This document shows positions 1 to 8,842 of a stretch of DNA of 52,569 nucleotides, piece by piece. Source of the stretch: a virus (taxonomy: Duplodnaviria > Caudoviricetes); IMG/VR virus record IMGVR_UViG_3300007513_000054, positions 1 to 52,569 of that record; one strand, written 5' to 3'. Each line of letters starts with the position of its first letter. Within the stretch, counting starts at the first letter, position 1. The notes under the pieces were generated by a model. It did no database searches. It was given only the letters and a program-made list of their open reading frames with translations, and was not told the origin of the DNA. The translations under genes and the position numbers were made by a program.

Positions 1-23
1 ATAACAACTATCTATAATGATAT

Positions 24-51
24 GAACTCTGTACGTATACGGAGTTCTTTT
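24..51 (+). terminator. Probable intrinsic terminator
   Basis: Stem GAACTCTGTA/TACGGAGTTC (one G:U), 4-nt loop, followed by TTTT. Confidence 0.6.
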
Positions 52-55
52 GTGA

Positions 56-63
56 TATAAATA
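56..63 (+). promoter_or_regulatory. T4-type late promoter TATAAATA
   Basis: Exact gp55 consensus just after a terminator and just before ORF 64. Confidence 0.6.
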
Positions 64-447
64 ATGATGAATATTGAAGAAATAAATGATGATAATTTTA
101 TATTTTATGCGGCTAGTAACTACTTAAATCCAAAGTCAATTACAATTGATGAGTTTTATGAAGATTTAAACCATATAAAGTATATTAAGAGATTAATTAA
201 TAGGTATCTTAATCATAATGAATTAAAAATTAATTTGATAATAAATCATCTAATTTTATTGTATAACGTTTTTGATTCTGGAGCAATGACGAAAATGTTA
301 TTTTTTAAATTAGATGATTTACATTATCCTATTCTAAAACCGTTTTTAATTCAATTGAATTATTTACCCAAAAATGTAGGAAATATTGATACTGATATGA
401 TTCCTTTAAACCAGATAGTATGTTCAGCATTAAGGGTTTTACAATGA
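64..447 (+). CDS. Conserved T4-like phage hypothetical protein
   Basis: 'EFYEDLxxIKYIKRL...LIINHLIxLYNVF' motif typical of marine T4-like phages upstream of primase. Confidence 0.75.
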   Translation: MMNIEEINDDNFIFYAASNYLNPKSITIDEFYEDLNHIKYIKRLINRYLNHNELKINLIINHLILLYNVFDSGAMTKMLFFKLDDLHYPILKPFLIQLNYLPKNVGNIDTDMIPLNQIVCSALRVLQ

Positions 448-737
448 AAACATTTAAAGAGCAGGCAATGACAACGGGCGGAGTTCCGACTACTCAATCA
501 CCTGAAATAAATTATGCTATGAAGAAGAAAAAGACTTTTGCAGGTGGCAGAGTCTTTGATGTGAAATCTTCCACTTTAATGAAGGCTCGTTACGGGCATA
601 GAAAGTGGGAGAATTATGAAAAGCTTCTTAGTAATGAAGAATGTTTGGACGATGTTAGATCATTTTGTAAGACTGATAGATCTACTCCTGTAATTTTAAA
701 GGATGAGTTTGGTGTCATGGTGTATTTAAGGCGGTAA
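444..737 (+). CDS. Conserved T4-like hypothetical protein (MKTFKE N-terminus)
   Basis: ATG at 444 overlaps the upstream stop (ATGA); C-terminus 'PVILKDE.G.MVYLR'. Confidence 0.65.
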   Translation: MKTFKEQAMTTGGVPTTQSPEINYAMKKKKTFAGGRVFDVKSSTLMKARYGHRKWENYEKLLSNEECLDDVRSFCKTDRSTPVILKDEFGVMVYLRR

Positions 738-741
738 TAGT

Positions 742-981
742 ATGACAGATTTGACAGATAGAGTTATCGTCTTAGAAACTAAGGTAGAGAGTATCGTGGA
801 AAGTCAAAAAAATATTGACGATAAATTAAATATAATAATGGAAAATCATTTACATCATCTAGAATTAGATGTTCAATCGATTAAAACTGCTATACAAATG
901 TATTCTAAAATTATGATTTCTTTACTCGCAGTTCCTGGTGTGATTTTCACGATAATACAAATAATTAAAGCAATTAATTAG
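742..981 (+). CDS. Coiled-coil protein with C-terminal transmembrane helix (holin/XhlA-like architecture)
   Basis: Heptad N-terminal region plus hydrophobic C-terminus. Confidence 0.5.
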   Translation: MTDLTDRVIVLETKVESIVESQKNIDDKLNIIMENHLHHLELDVQSIKTAIQMYSKIMISLLAVPGVIFTIIQIIKAIN

Positions 982-983
982 GG

Positions 984-1013
984 TTGACAAAGAGGGCTAT
1001 ATTATGTTATAAT
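984..1013 (+). promoter_or_regulatory. sigma70-type promoter of primase
   Basis: TTGACA-N18-TATAAT with extended TG. Confidence 0.8.
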
Positions 1014-1019
1014 ATAGTC

Positions 1020-2012
1020 ATGATACAAATAGATTTACAATATTTAAGTTTAATTTCCCATCAATTAGAAAAATTTAAATCTCAGGGTGATAGTGTATTT
1101 AATTTCCGCTGTCCTATTTGTGGAGATTCTACTAAGAGCAAAAAGAAAGCCAGAGGTTATATTTTTCCTCACAAAACTAATTTATTCTATAAATGTCATA
1201 ATTGTGGATATTCATCTCCATTTGCAGAGTTGTTAAAGCGTATTGATTCTGAAATGTTTAAGCGATATGCTATGGAGAAATTTTATAATAAACAGGCGAA
1301 AAGAAAAGAAGAAGTTGTTTACAATTATGAAGCTCCAATCTTCAAGAAAGGACTTGATTTTAAAAATGCTATCAGTATAAGTGAATTAGATAATGATCAT
1401 GAAGCAAAATCTTATTTGAATAATAGGAGGTTACCTTATGATTATTTTTACTTTGCAGAAAATTTTTCAGAATTTACCAAGGAAGTCAAGAATAAAATTA
1501 GCAATTTTAGTGATTCTAGAATTATTATTCCTTTTCTTTCTTCTGATGGTGAATTAATGGGGTATCAGGGAAGAGCATTGTCTTCTTTTGGTCAAAGATA
1601 TGTAACAGAAAAATTACATCCTAATGCTCCAAAAATATTTGGATTGGACAGAGTTAATATTAAAGAAACAATTTATATTACCGAAGGTCCTTTTGATAGT
1701 TTGTTTGTTCCAAATGGAATCGCAATGGCTGGTAGTGATAGTAATAGATGGATTAGAAAATTTCCTAAAGAACGAGTTGTTATGGTATTAGATAATGAAC
1801 CAAGAAATATTTCAATAATTAAAAAATACGAAAAATTTATTCATGAAGAATATAAAATTTTTATATGGCCTGAATATATTACTGAAAAGGACTTGAATGA
1901 TCTGGCTTTGTTGGATTCGTTTGACCATACAAAGATTCTTGAGACAATAAATAATAATACTTTTTATGGGATTGGAGCTACTGTAAAACTTTCACAATGG
2001 CGAAAATGCTAA
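1020..2012 (+). CDS. 61: T4-like DNA primase (gp61)
   Basis: Zn finger 'FRCPICGDS...YKCHNCG', 'GYQGRAL', TOPRIM 'EGPFDS', 'DNEPRN'; start moved to ATG 1020 because 984-1013 is promoter. Confidence 0.95.
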   Translation: MIQIDLQYLSLISHQLEKFKSQGDSVFNFRCPICGDSTKSKKKARGYIFPHKTNLFYKCHNCGYSSPFAELLKRIDSEMFKRYAMEKFYNKQAKRKEEVVYNYEAPIFKKGLDFKNAISISELDNDHEAKSYLNNRRLPYDYFYFAENFSEFTKEVKNKISNFSDSRIIIPFLSSDGELMGYQGRALSSFGQRYVTEKLHPNAPKIFGLDRVNIKETIYITEGPFDSLFVPNGIAMAGSDSNRWIRKFPKERVVMVLDNEPRNISIIKKYEKFIHEEYKIFIWPEYITEKDLNDLALLDSFDHTKILETINNNTFYGIGATVKLSQWRKC

Positions 2013-2022
2013 GGGGGTTATT

Positions 2023-2802
2023 TTGTATTATCGTTTTTTATTGTTTATTCTCGCATTTTTATTAACATCTTTCACTTATTCCGTAGATTATTATAATACT
2101 GATGGATTATTGCATTTTTGGAATTTTAATCATAAACAAAGTTTTGAAGCTGATGTAAAATTAAATGTGGAAGGATATGCTCAGGGAAAAACATATTGGG
2201 TTAATCCTGAGTTTTCTTTCACTAATCCTGAATCTGGTGTTATTCATATTCATGGAGATAAATCTCCATCTTCTCTTTTTTTAGTACAAGGTTATAAATT
2301 ATATCGTGAACTGGAAGATTGGACAATAGATTTTGAATTTGCAGTAGGAACTCACAACATCAATGAAGAAAATCATGACCATGGTTCTTTGGTTGATGGA
2401 ACTGTAATGCAATGGGGTGATGTTAAAATAGATTTTTTTCGTGATCGTGAATTACCAAGATCAAGAGGAGTGATAGTTGTTGATTTTAGAGGTAGAAAAA
2501 AGTTTATACAGAATGTGTTAGGTTATGATTATTATTATATGGCAATCAGATCAGAAGATGAGGGAATATCTGTTTGGTTGAATTCTTATTGTACTAATCT
2601 TATTAAAAGACCACGACGATCTATAGCTGGTAAACAACTTACTTTTGGTGGTAGTGGATTTGCTGGAAGAATTGATGATATTAAAATATATAATAGAAGA
2701 TTAAAGCCATGGGAAATTACTCAAAATTATTGGGGTACTGAATATGCAATTGATTTTAAATCTAAGCGTATAACAACATGGTCTAACGAAAAAATAAAGT
2801 AA
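2023..2802 (+). CDS. Secreted LamG/concanavalin-like domain protein
   Basis: Signal peptide, 'GLLHFWNF', 'FAGRIDDIKIYNRRL..EI', C-terminal 'AIDFKSKRITTW..K' tail. Confidence 0.75.
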   Translation: MYYRFLLFILAFLLTSFTYSVDYYNTDGLLHFWNFNHKQSFEADVKLNVEGYAQGKTYWVNPEFSFTNPESGVIHIHGDKSPSSLFLVQGYKLYRELEDWTIDFEFAVGTHNINEENHDHGSLVDGTVMQWGDVKIDFFRDRELPRSRGVIVVDFRGRKKFIQNVLGYDYYYMAIRSEDEGISVWLNSYCTNLIKRPRRSIAGKQLTFGGSGFAGRIDDIKIYNRRLKPWEITQNYWGTEYAIDFKSKRITTWSNEKIK

Positions 2803-2812
2803 GGAGAAAAAT

Positions 2813-3223
2813 ATGAGTGAAAATCTAGAATTTATGCAGGGATTTGATGATCTTAATTTTGATTATGGGTTTACTGCTGTTAGTGCTGATGAAGTTGATA
2901 AACAAGAACAGCAAGGACAAAAAATCGAGGAGGTTTCGCAAAATTCTATAGCTATTGATAATAAAATAAATCAACTAATAGAAACTGTTAGTCAGGTATT
3001 AAATTTACAACAACAAAAAACACATGATGAAATCCAGAATAAGATGGTGGAATTAGATGGACAATTGACGGAAAAAATGGGATCTGTTGAAAAGTTAATA
3101 TTACCCTTATTGGTTAATTTATATAAAACTGCTGATGAACCATACATTCATTGGCCAAATAGAAAACCGATTGTCAAAGAACAAATTGACAAGTTATTAG
3201 CTATTACAAGACCTGGAGGGTAA
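2813..3223 (+). CDS. Conserved T4-like hypothetical protein
   Basis: 'DYGFTAV...LILPLL.NL.K...YIHWPNR' motif; SD AGGAG. Confidence 0.7.
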   Translation: MSENLEFMQGFDDLNFDYGFTAVSADEVDKQEQQGQKIEEVSQNSIAIDNKINQLIETVSQVLNLQQQKTHDEIQNKMVELDGQLTEKMGSVEKLILPLLVNLYKTADEPYIHWPNRKPIVKEQIDKLLAITRPGG

Positions 3224-3226
3224 CTA

Positions 3227-5212
3227 ATGCTGGCTGAGAATTTGAAAGTGATGAGTGATATCACTCATCATATGAAATATGCGAGATATATACCTGAAAA
3301 GCAGAGGCGTGAAACATATCAAGAAACAGTTTCACGTAATATGAATATGCACATTGATAATTATCCTCAATTAAGATTTGAAATTATCAATAAATTTAAA
3401 TTTGTATTTGATAAAAAAGTTCTTCCATCTATGAGATCTATGCAATTTTCAGGAGATGCTATTGATCTTAATCCTGCCAGAATGTTTAATTGTTCTTATC
3501 TTCCTGTTTCAGAGATAGATGCATTTTGGGAAACTATGTTTTTATTGTTGTGTGGTTGTGGTGTAGGCTTTTCAGTACAACAACATCATATTGATAAGCT
3601 TCCAGAGATTCGCAAACCAACAAAATCTAGACGCTATTTAATTGGAGATTCGATAGAGGGATGGGCTGATTCTATTAAAGTATTGATGAAAGCTTATTTT
3701 GCAGATCGTTCACTTCCTTTATTTGATTATAGAGGAATTCGTGCAAAGGGTGAGAGATTAATTACTTCAGGTGGCAAAGCTCCTGGTCCAGAGCCACTTA
3801 AAGTTTGTTTAGATAAATTACAAGGAATACTTGATAGAAAGGAAAATGGATCTAAATTAACCACATTGGAAGCTCATGATATTCAATGTATTATTGCTGA
3901 TGCTGTTCTTGCAGGAGGTATTCGACGATCTGCTTTAATATCTTTATTTAATATTGATGATGAAGAAATGCTAAACTGTAAATCTACACAAGAAGCTAAG
4001 TTAGATGTTGTACATTCTAAAGCTGATGATGGATATGATGTTTCTTTGGTCACTAATAATGGAAATGATCATAGAGTTTGGTTGAATACTGTTGATTATG
4101 ATAAATTATGTCAAGAACAAAAGATAGAATGGTATCATTTATATCCAGAGAGGGCTAGATCTAATAATTCTATGACTGTTGCTCGTAGTTTGATAGATTA
4201 TAAAACATTTAAGGAAAAATGGGAGGTATTAAAAAATTCTGGTTCTGGCGAACCGGGATTTTATTTTACGAATGATAAAGAATATGGTGTTAATCCTTGT
4301 TGTGAAATAGCACTTAAACCGTATCAGTTTTGTAATTTGACTTCTATTAACGTTTCTGATGTAGAAACTCAAGAAGATTTAAACCAACGAGCAAAAGCAG
4401 CCGCTTTTGTTGGAACTTTACAAGCATCATATACAGATTTTCATTATTTAAGATCTGAATGGAAACGAATTACCGAAAAGGAAGCTTTGCTAGGTGTTAG
4501 TTTAACTGGACTATCATCTATAAATCATCATGATTTTAATTGGCAAGAGGCTGCAGAAGGAGCTGTTGAAGAAAATAAAAGAGTTGCTGAACTTTTAAAT
4601 ATTAATCCTGCTCGTAGAGTTACATGTATTAAACCTGAAGGAACAGGTAGTTTAGTGTTGGGAACATCTTCTGGTATACATTCATGGCATAATATGTATT
4701 ATAAACGAAGAATTCGTGTGGGTAAGAATGAAGCTATTTATTCTTATTTGCAAAATACTCTACCTGAATTAGTTGAAGATGAAATTTATGGTAGAAATGC
4801 TGTGATTACTATTCCTATTAAAGCTCCTGATCAAGCTATTACTAGAGAAGAAGATGTTGTAGATTTTATGGAAAGAATTAAATTTTTTTCTGAAAATTGG
4901 GTTAATCCTGGTCATAATAGAGGAACTAATACACACAATGTGTCTGCAACCGTTTCTGTTAAACCCGATGAATGGGGTAAAGTCGCTTCTTGGTTATGGA
5001 AAAATCAAGATTCGTTTAATGGTCTTTCATTTTTGCCTTATGATAATGGCACATATGTGCAGGCTCCTTTTGAAGATTGCACAGAAAGCGAATATAAGGA
5101 ATTAACTAAATATATACGAGAGGTTGATTTGACAAAAATTATAGAAGAAGTTGATGAAACCAATCTTCAATCTGAATTAGCATGTTCTGGAGGATCATGT
5201 GAGGTTATATAA
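3227..5212 (+). CDS. nrdJ: Class II (adenosylcobalamin-dependent) ribonucleotide reductase
   Basis: 'LPSMRS', 'FNCS', 'GVGFSV', 'GGIRRSA', 'NPCCEI', 'TCIKPEGT', C-terminal 'CSGGSCEV'. Confidence 0.93.
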   Translation: MLAENLKVMSDITHHMKYARYIPEKQRRETYQETVSRNMNMHIDNYPQLRFEIINKFKFVFDKKVLPSMRSMQFSGDAIDLNPARMFNCSYLPVSEIDAFWETMFLLLCGCGVGFSVQQHHIDKLPEIRKPTKSRRYLIGDSIEGWADSIKVLMKAYFADRSLPLFDYRGIRAKGERLITSGGKAPGPEPLKVCLDKLQGILDRKENGSKLTTLEAHDIQCIIADAVLAGGIRRSALISLFNIDDEEMLNCKSTQEAKLDVVHSKADDGYDVSLVTNNGNDHRVWLNTVDYDKLCQEQKIEWYHLYPERARSNNSMTVARSLIDYKTFKEKWEVLKNSGSGEPGFYFTNDKEYGVNPCCEIALKPYQFCNLTSINVSDVETQEDLNQRAKAAAFVGTLQASYTDFHYLRSEWKRITEKEALLGVSLTGLSSINHHDFNWQEAAEGAVEENKRVAELLNINPARRVTCIKPEGTGSLVLGTSSGIHSWHNMYYKRRIRVGKNEAIYSYLQNTLPELVEDEIYGRNAVITIPIKAPDQAITREEDVVDFMERIKFFSENWVNPGHNRGTNTHNVSATVSVKPDEWGKVASWLWKNQDSFNGLSFLPYDNGTYVQAPFEDCTESEYKELTKYIREVDLTKIIEEVDETNLQSELACSGGSCEVI

Positions 5213-5214
5213 TT

Positions 5215-5421
5215 ATGTTGGATTTATTGCAGGAATATTATAAGAATAACGTTTATGTTAATTTCGTTTTAAAATCTGGTAATAGGACCATTGATGGTTG
5301 TATTACTAGAATAACATGGGATGATATGGATGATGTCATTCATATTATTCACCCTTTAACCAAAGAACAATCATTTTTTCCTCTTAAAATGGTTGAAAGT
5401 GTTTCTATTTTAAAATCATAG
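5215..5421 (+). CDS. Hypothetical protein
   Basis: ORF tightly packed after nrdJ. Confidence 0.55.
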   Translation: MLDLLQEYYKNNVYVNFVLKSGNRTIDGCITRITWDDMDDVIHIIHPLTKEQSFFPLKMVESVSILKS

Positions 5422-5431
5422 GAGAAATATT

Positions 5432-5827
5432 ATGCCAGTATATTACGACGATAATGAAGCGATTTTTGATTATTTGGATGAGATTGTAAATAAAGCAGAT
5501 TCTTTTTGTATAGATTCTTATCTATATTCATCTTATATTTGGGAGAATGATCTTAATGTAGATGAATTTATAACCCATGAACAAAAAGCAGCATATGAAG
5601 AAGTTTTATATGATTTAGGTAAACGTTTCTCACATTTAAGTGATGAAGATGCTGAACTGTATTTGCTGGAATATATTCAAACAGATGAAGAAGAAGAAGA
5701 AAATTTGACGGCCGAGGACTGGAAAGATGAATTGCGTTCACTATTGGAAGCTGTTCAAACTTCAATTAATGCAGATGATACACCTGATATTTCTGTGATA
5801 TTAGGGGGTAGTACCACTTCAAATTAA
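5432..5827 (+). CDS. Highly acidic hypothetical protein
   Basis: SD AGGAG; D/E-rich. Confidence 0.65.
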   Translation: MPVYYDDNEAIFDYLDEIVNKADSFCIDSYLYSSYIWENDLNVDEFITHEQKAAYEEVLYDLGKRFSHLSDEDAELYLLEYIQTDEEEEENLTAEDWKDELRSLLEAVQTSINADDTPDISVILGGSTTSN

Positions 5828-5839
5828 ATTTGTGCTATT

Positions 5840-6016
5840 ATGAATAATGAATGTGATGAAAATAGTATTGATGATGAATTGATGGAGTTATATTCTGAGG
5901 TCTTTCGAGAAGTTTTGAAAGACCTCAAAATATCTCGACTTTCGGGTGTTCCTATTCATATGTTGAGATATGATCCTATTGAAGAAACTAGTGGAGAAAA
6001 GGATGAAGAAGAATAA
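5840..6016 (+). CDS. Small acidic hypothetical protein (58 aa, not in ORF track)
   Basis: Open frame MNNECDENS...EKDEEE* filling the gap. Confidence 0.4.
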   Translation: MNNECDENSIDDELMELYSEVFREVLKDLKISRLSGVPIHMLRYDPIEETSGEKDEEE

Positions 6017-6365
6017 TGAAGAAGTATTGACTGATTATGATAAAAATCTCCACAAAAAAATAGATGATACTCATCGTTCTGATTGGCATAAATATGCAGG
6101 AATTACTAGTACAATTAGCTTATTACTTCCTATTATGAGTGAGTTTGAAGGAGTTATAGCTGATAATTTTATTATGAGTATAGGAGGTGCTGGTGCGGTA
6201 TCAGTATTTGCAATATTAATGAAAGTTGGTAGAGTGGCTTCTATGATGCCTATTATTGAAAAAGAACACCATGAACATCTTAAAGAAGAAGTTGAAAATC
6301 ATAAAGATAGAATAGGAAAGGAAAGACAAAGGAGAATTGATTCTGATTATCTTCATGATTTTTAA
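6003..6365 (+). CDS. Hypothetical membrane protein (2 TM)
   Basis: SD GGAG before ATG 6003; two hydrophobic segments. Confidence 0.55.
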   Translation: MKKNNEEVLTDYDKNLHKKIDDTHRSDWHKYAGITSTISLLLPIMSEFEGVIADNFIMSIGGAGAVSVFAILMKVGRVASMMPIIEKEHHEHLKEEVENHKDRIGKERQRRIDSDYLHDF

Positions 6366-6376
6366 GGGAGATTCTC

Positions 6377-7060
6377 ATGGCAAAAAGAAAGCGTATGGAT
6401 TTGACTTTAAAGACTATAAATCCTTTAACATCATTACAGGGAGAAGCATTTCGTAGTTTTCAATCTGGAAAAAATTTATTATTGCATGGTGTAGCAGGAA
6501 CAGGAAAAACTTTTGTTGCATTATATTTGGCTTTAGATTTATTCTTTGAAAATTTATATCGTCCTGCTTTTAATAAAATACATATTTTAAGATCTATTGT
6601 TCCTACTAGAAGTATGGGATTTTTACCTGGTTCCTTAGAAGAAAAAATAGAAGTCTATGAATCTCCTTATAAATCTATTTTTTCTGAATTGTTTAGTAGT
6701 GCAGATGCCTATAACATGGCATGGCAAAAGGAAATTATTGAATTTACTACAACGTCCTATCTTAGAGGTGAAACGTTTAATGATTGTATACTTGTAGTTG
6801 ATGAATGTCAAAATATGAATATGCATGAATTAGATTCAATTATTACTAGACTTGGAGAAAATTCTAGAATTATATTTGCGGGTGATTTTAGACAAAGTGA
6901 TTTCAAATCCAATTGGGAGAAAAATGGAATATTGGATTTTAAATTTATTTTGTCTGCTATGGAATTATTTGATGTGATAGAATTTGGTATAGATGATATA
7001 GTTCGTAGTGCTTTGGTTAAAGATTATATAATTGCTAAATATGAGTTAGGATACGTATAA
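6377..7060 (+). CDS. phoH: PhoH-family ATPase
   Basis: Walker A 'GVAGTGKT', 'GFLPG', 'LRGETF', 'VDECQN', 'GDFRQSD'. Confidence 0.95.
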   Translation: MAKRKRMDLTLKTINPLTSLQGEAFRSFQSGKNLLLHGVAGTGKTFVALYLALDLFFENLYRPAFNKIHILRSIVPTRSMGFLPGSLEEKIEVYESPYKSIFSELFSSADAYNMAWQKEIIEFTTTSYLRGETFNDCILVVDECQNMNMHELDSIITRLGENSRIIFAGDFRQSDFKSNWEKNGILDFKFILSAMELFDVIEFGIDDIVRSALVKDYIIAKYELGYV

Positions 7061-7061
7061 T

Positions 7062-7069
7062 TATAAATA
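7062..7069 (+). promoter_or_regulatory. T4-type late promoter TATAAATA
   Basis: Exact motif, intergenic, 20 nt before ORF 7089. Confidence 0.65.
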
Positions 7070-7088
7070 CAACATATGGAGTTTTTTT

Positions 7089-7808
7089 ATGTTAAGTTTT
7101 AGGGAATACGTTGCTGCTGTTGGATCTTCTGTTAGAACGGTTGCTTCTAGAAAATTTAAAGAAACATATGACCAAGTTTTAGCTGAATCTAAAATAGTAA
7201 TGTTAGATAAAACTGGAAAATATGTTTTAAATCGTTGGCATGCACCTCGTATTAATATTATAACAGAAGGTGATGTCCAGGGTGAATGGATAAGCGATCA
7301 ACCCCCTTTAGATTCTACTACATGGATCGGGTTTAGACCAGCTATTAAAGAGAATGTTCCTAATGGTGAAATAGCAGTTAGATTTGGCACAGGTATTCCC
7401 TTAGACTACAATAAAAATAAGTATATTATTTCTGATGAATATAGATTAACTCATGCTAAAGAATTGAGATCCCATTTAGTAGAAGGTGTTATTCTTCCTG
7501 CAAAAAAAATGTTACAAGAAGCAGGACAGGAATTATCAGATGCTAGATCATTAATAGTTCCTGATGATGAAAATACTTTAAAGTATGGTCAGCATTTTAA
7601 ATTTTTGCATTTTGAATTTATGTATAATTTTTATGAAGAAGAAGGAACCTATGAACGAATTCCTTATACAGGAAAAGATTTGACTATAGTTAAAAAGAAA
7701 AGAAAGAAATCCTTTTCTGATCTTAAATCATCTATTTTAAATGTAAGAAGGGATATGAAAGAATTACAACAATTATTAACACATATAGAAAAGAAAGAAG
7801 TTATTTAG
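7089..7808 (+). CDS. Hypothetical late protein, possible internal head protein
   Basis: Late promoter; N-terminus 'MLSFREY' resembles a capsid-targeting sequence. Confidence 0.55.
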   Translation: MLSFREYVAAVGSSVRTVASRKFKETYDQVLAESKIVMLDKTGKYVLNRWHAPRINIITEGDVQGEWISDQPPLDSTTWIGFRPAIKENVPNGEIAVRFGTGIPLDYNKNKYIISDEYRLTHAKELRSHLVEGVILPAKKMLQEAGQELSDARSLIVPDDENTLKYGQHFKFLHFEFMYNFYEEEGTYERIPYTGKDLTIVKKKRKKSFSDLKSSILNVRRDMKELQQLLTHIEKKEVI

Positions 7809-7997
7809 AGAAGGATTATAATGAATAGATTAAAACAGCTTATAATGGAATTGGACGCTTACATTAAAAATACACGTACATTACATCCTGCTCAAAAAAC
7901 CAGAAGATTATCTAAAAAGAACAAGAATTTTAAGGTAGTTAAAGAAATTGATCCGGTAAAGGTTGTACAACAATATGCTAAGAATAAGGGAAAATAG

Positions 7998-8330
7998 ATG
8001 TTAAGTATATCTGACACAGCAATAGAAAAATGTAAGTCGTTGATGTTAGAAAGTGATTTGAAATTAGGTGGATTGAGAGTAAAGGTTGAAGGCGGAGGTT
8101 GTTCTGGTTTTCAGTATAATCTTTCTTTTGATGTTTGGGATAATGATGATATGGTATTTTGGGCAAAATATGAAAATGATAAGTTTCCAGTTATAGTTGA
8201 TAAGAGAACATTTTTATATGTTGCTGGTTCACAAATTAATTATTTTGATGGATTAATGGCAGGTGGTTTTTCTGTGGATAATCCAAAAGCTAATAGTACA
8301 TGTGGATGTGGGGAGAGCTTTAGTCTATAA
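7998..8330 (+). CDS. iscA: Fe-S cluster A-type carrier (IscA/HesB/ErpA family)
   Basis: 'LRVKVEGGGCSGFQY' and 'NPKANSTCGCGESF'. Confidence 0.93.
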   Translation: MLSISDTAIEKCKSLMLESDLKLGGLRVKVEGGGCSGFQYNLSFDVWDNDDMVFWAKYENDKFPVIVDKRTFLYVAGSQINYFDGLMAGGFSVDNPKANSTCGCGESFSL

Positions 8331-8764
8331 TGTATGGTCATTGGTTGTGTGAAGAATTTAATCCTGAAGATTATTTTGGTTTTGTTTATGAAATAATAGA
8401 TACAACTAGTGATAGAAAATATATAGGAAAAAAACAATTGCAGTTCACTGAAAGAAGAAAGGTGGCTGGAAGAAAGAATAGAAAGGTTATAAGAAAGGAC
8501 TCTAATTGGAGAGAATACACTGGAAGTAATAAGGAACTTAATTATGAAATATCGCAGAAAGGTAATGAATTATTTGAATTTAAGATTTTGCGATTGTGCA
8601 AAACAAAGACAGAGCTTGGCTATTTTGAGTGCATGTATCAATTTCAAGAAAATGTTTTACATAGACGATTGGACAGCGGAGAGTATGCCTTTTACAATAG
8701 TAACATAATGAATAGGTGGTTTAGAGAAAAAGGATGGTCTGATGGAGCAAAAAATGATATTTAA
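8330..8764 (+). CDS. GIY-YIG endonuclease
   Basis: 'GFVYEI...KYIGKK', 'WREYTGS', 'FYNSNI'. Confidence 0.85.
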   Translation: MYGHWLCEEFNPEDYFGFVYEIIDTTSDRKYIGKKQLQFTERRKVAGRKNRKVIRKDSNWREYTGSNKELNYEISQKGNELFEFKILRLCKTKTELGYFECMYQFQENVLHRRLDSGEYAFYNSNIMNRWFREKGWSDGAKNDI

Positions 8765-8842
8765 TAATTATTATATATACACATTTGAGATTGATGGTGT
8801 TGTATATAAGGGTAAAATATTTATGTGGGCTCTGGAGGAAGT

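Noticed and set aside
984-1019. TTG start of primase at 984
   Set aside because: The TTG belongs to the -35 box and the extension translates the promoter.
3986-4126. Intein in the RNR
   Set aside because: Too short, no His-Asn C-terminus or endonuclease motifs.
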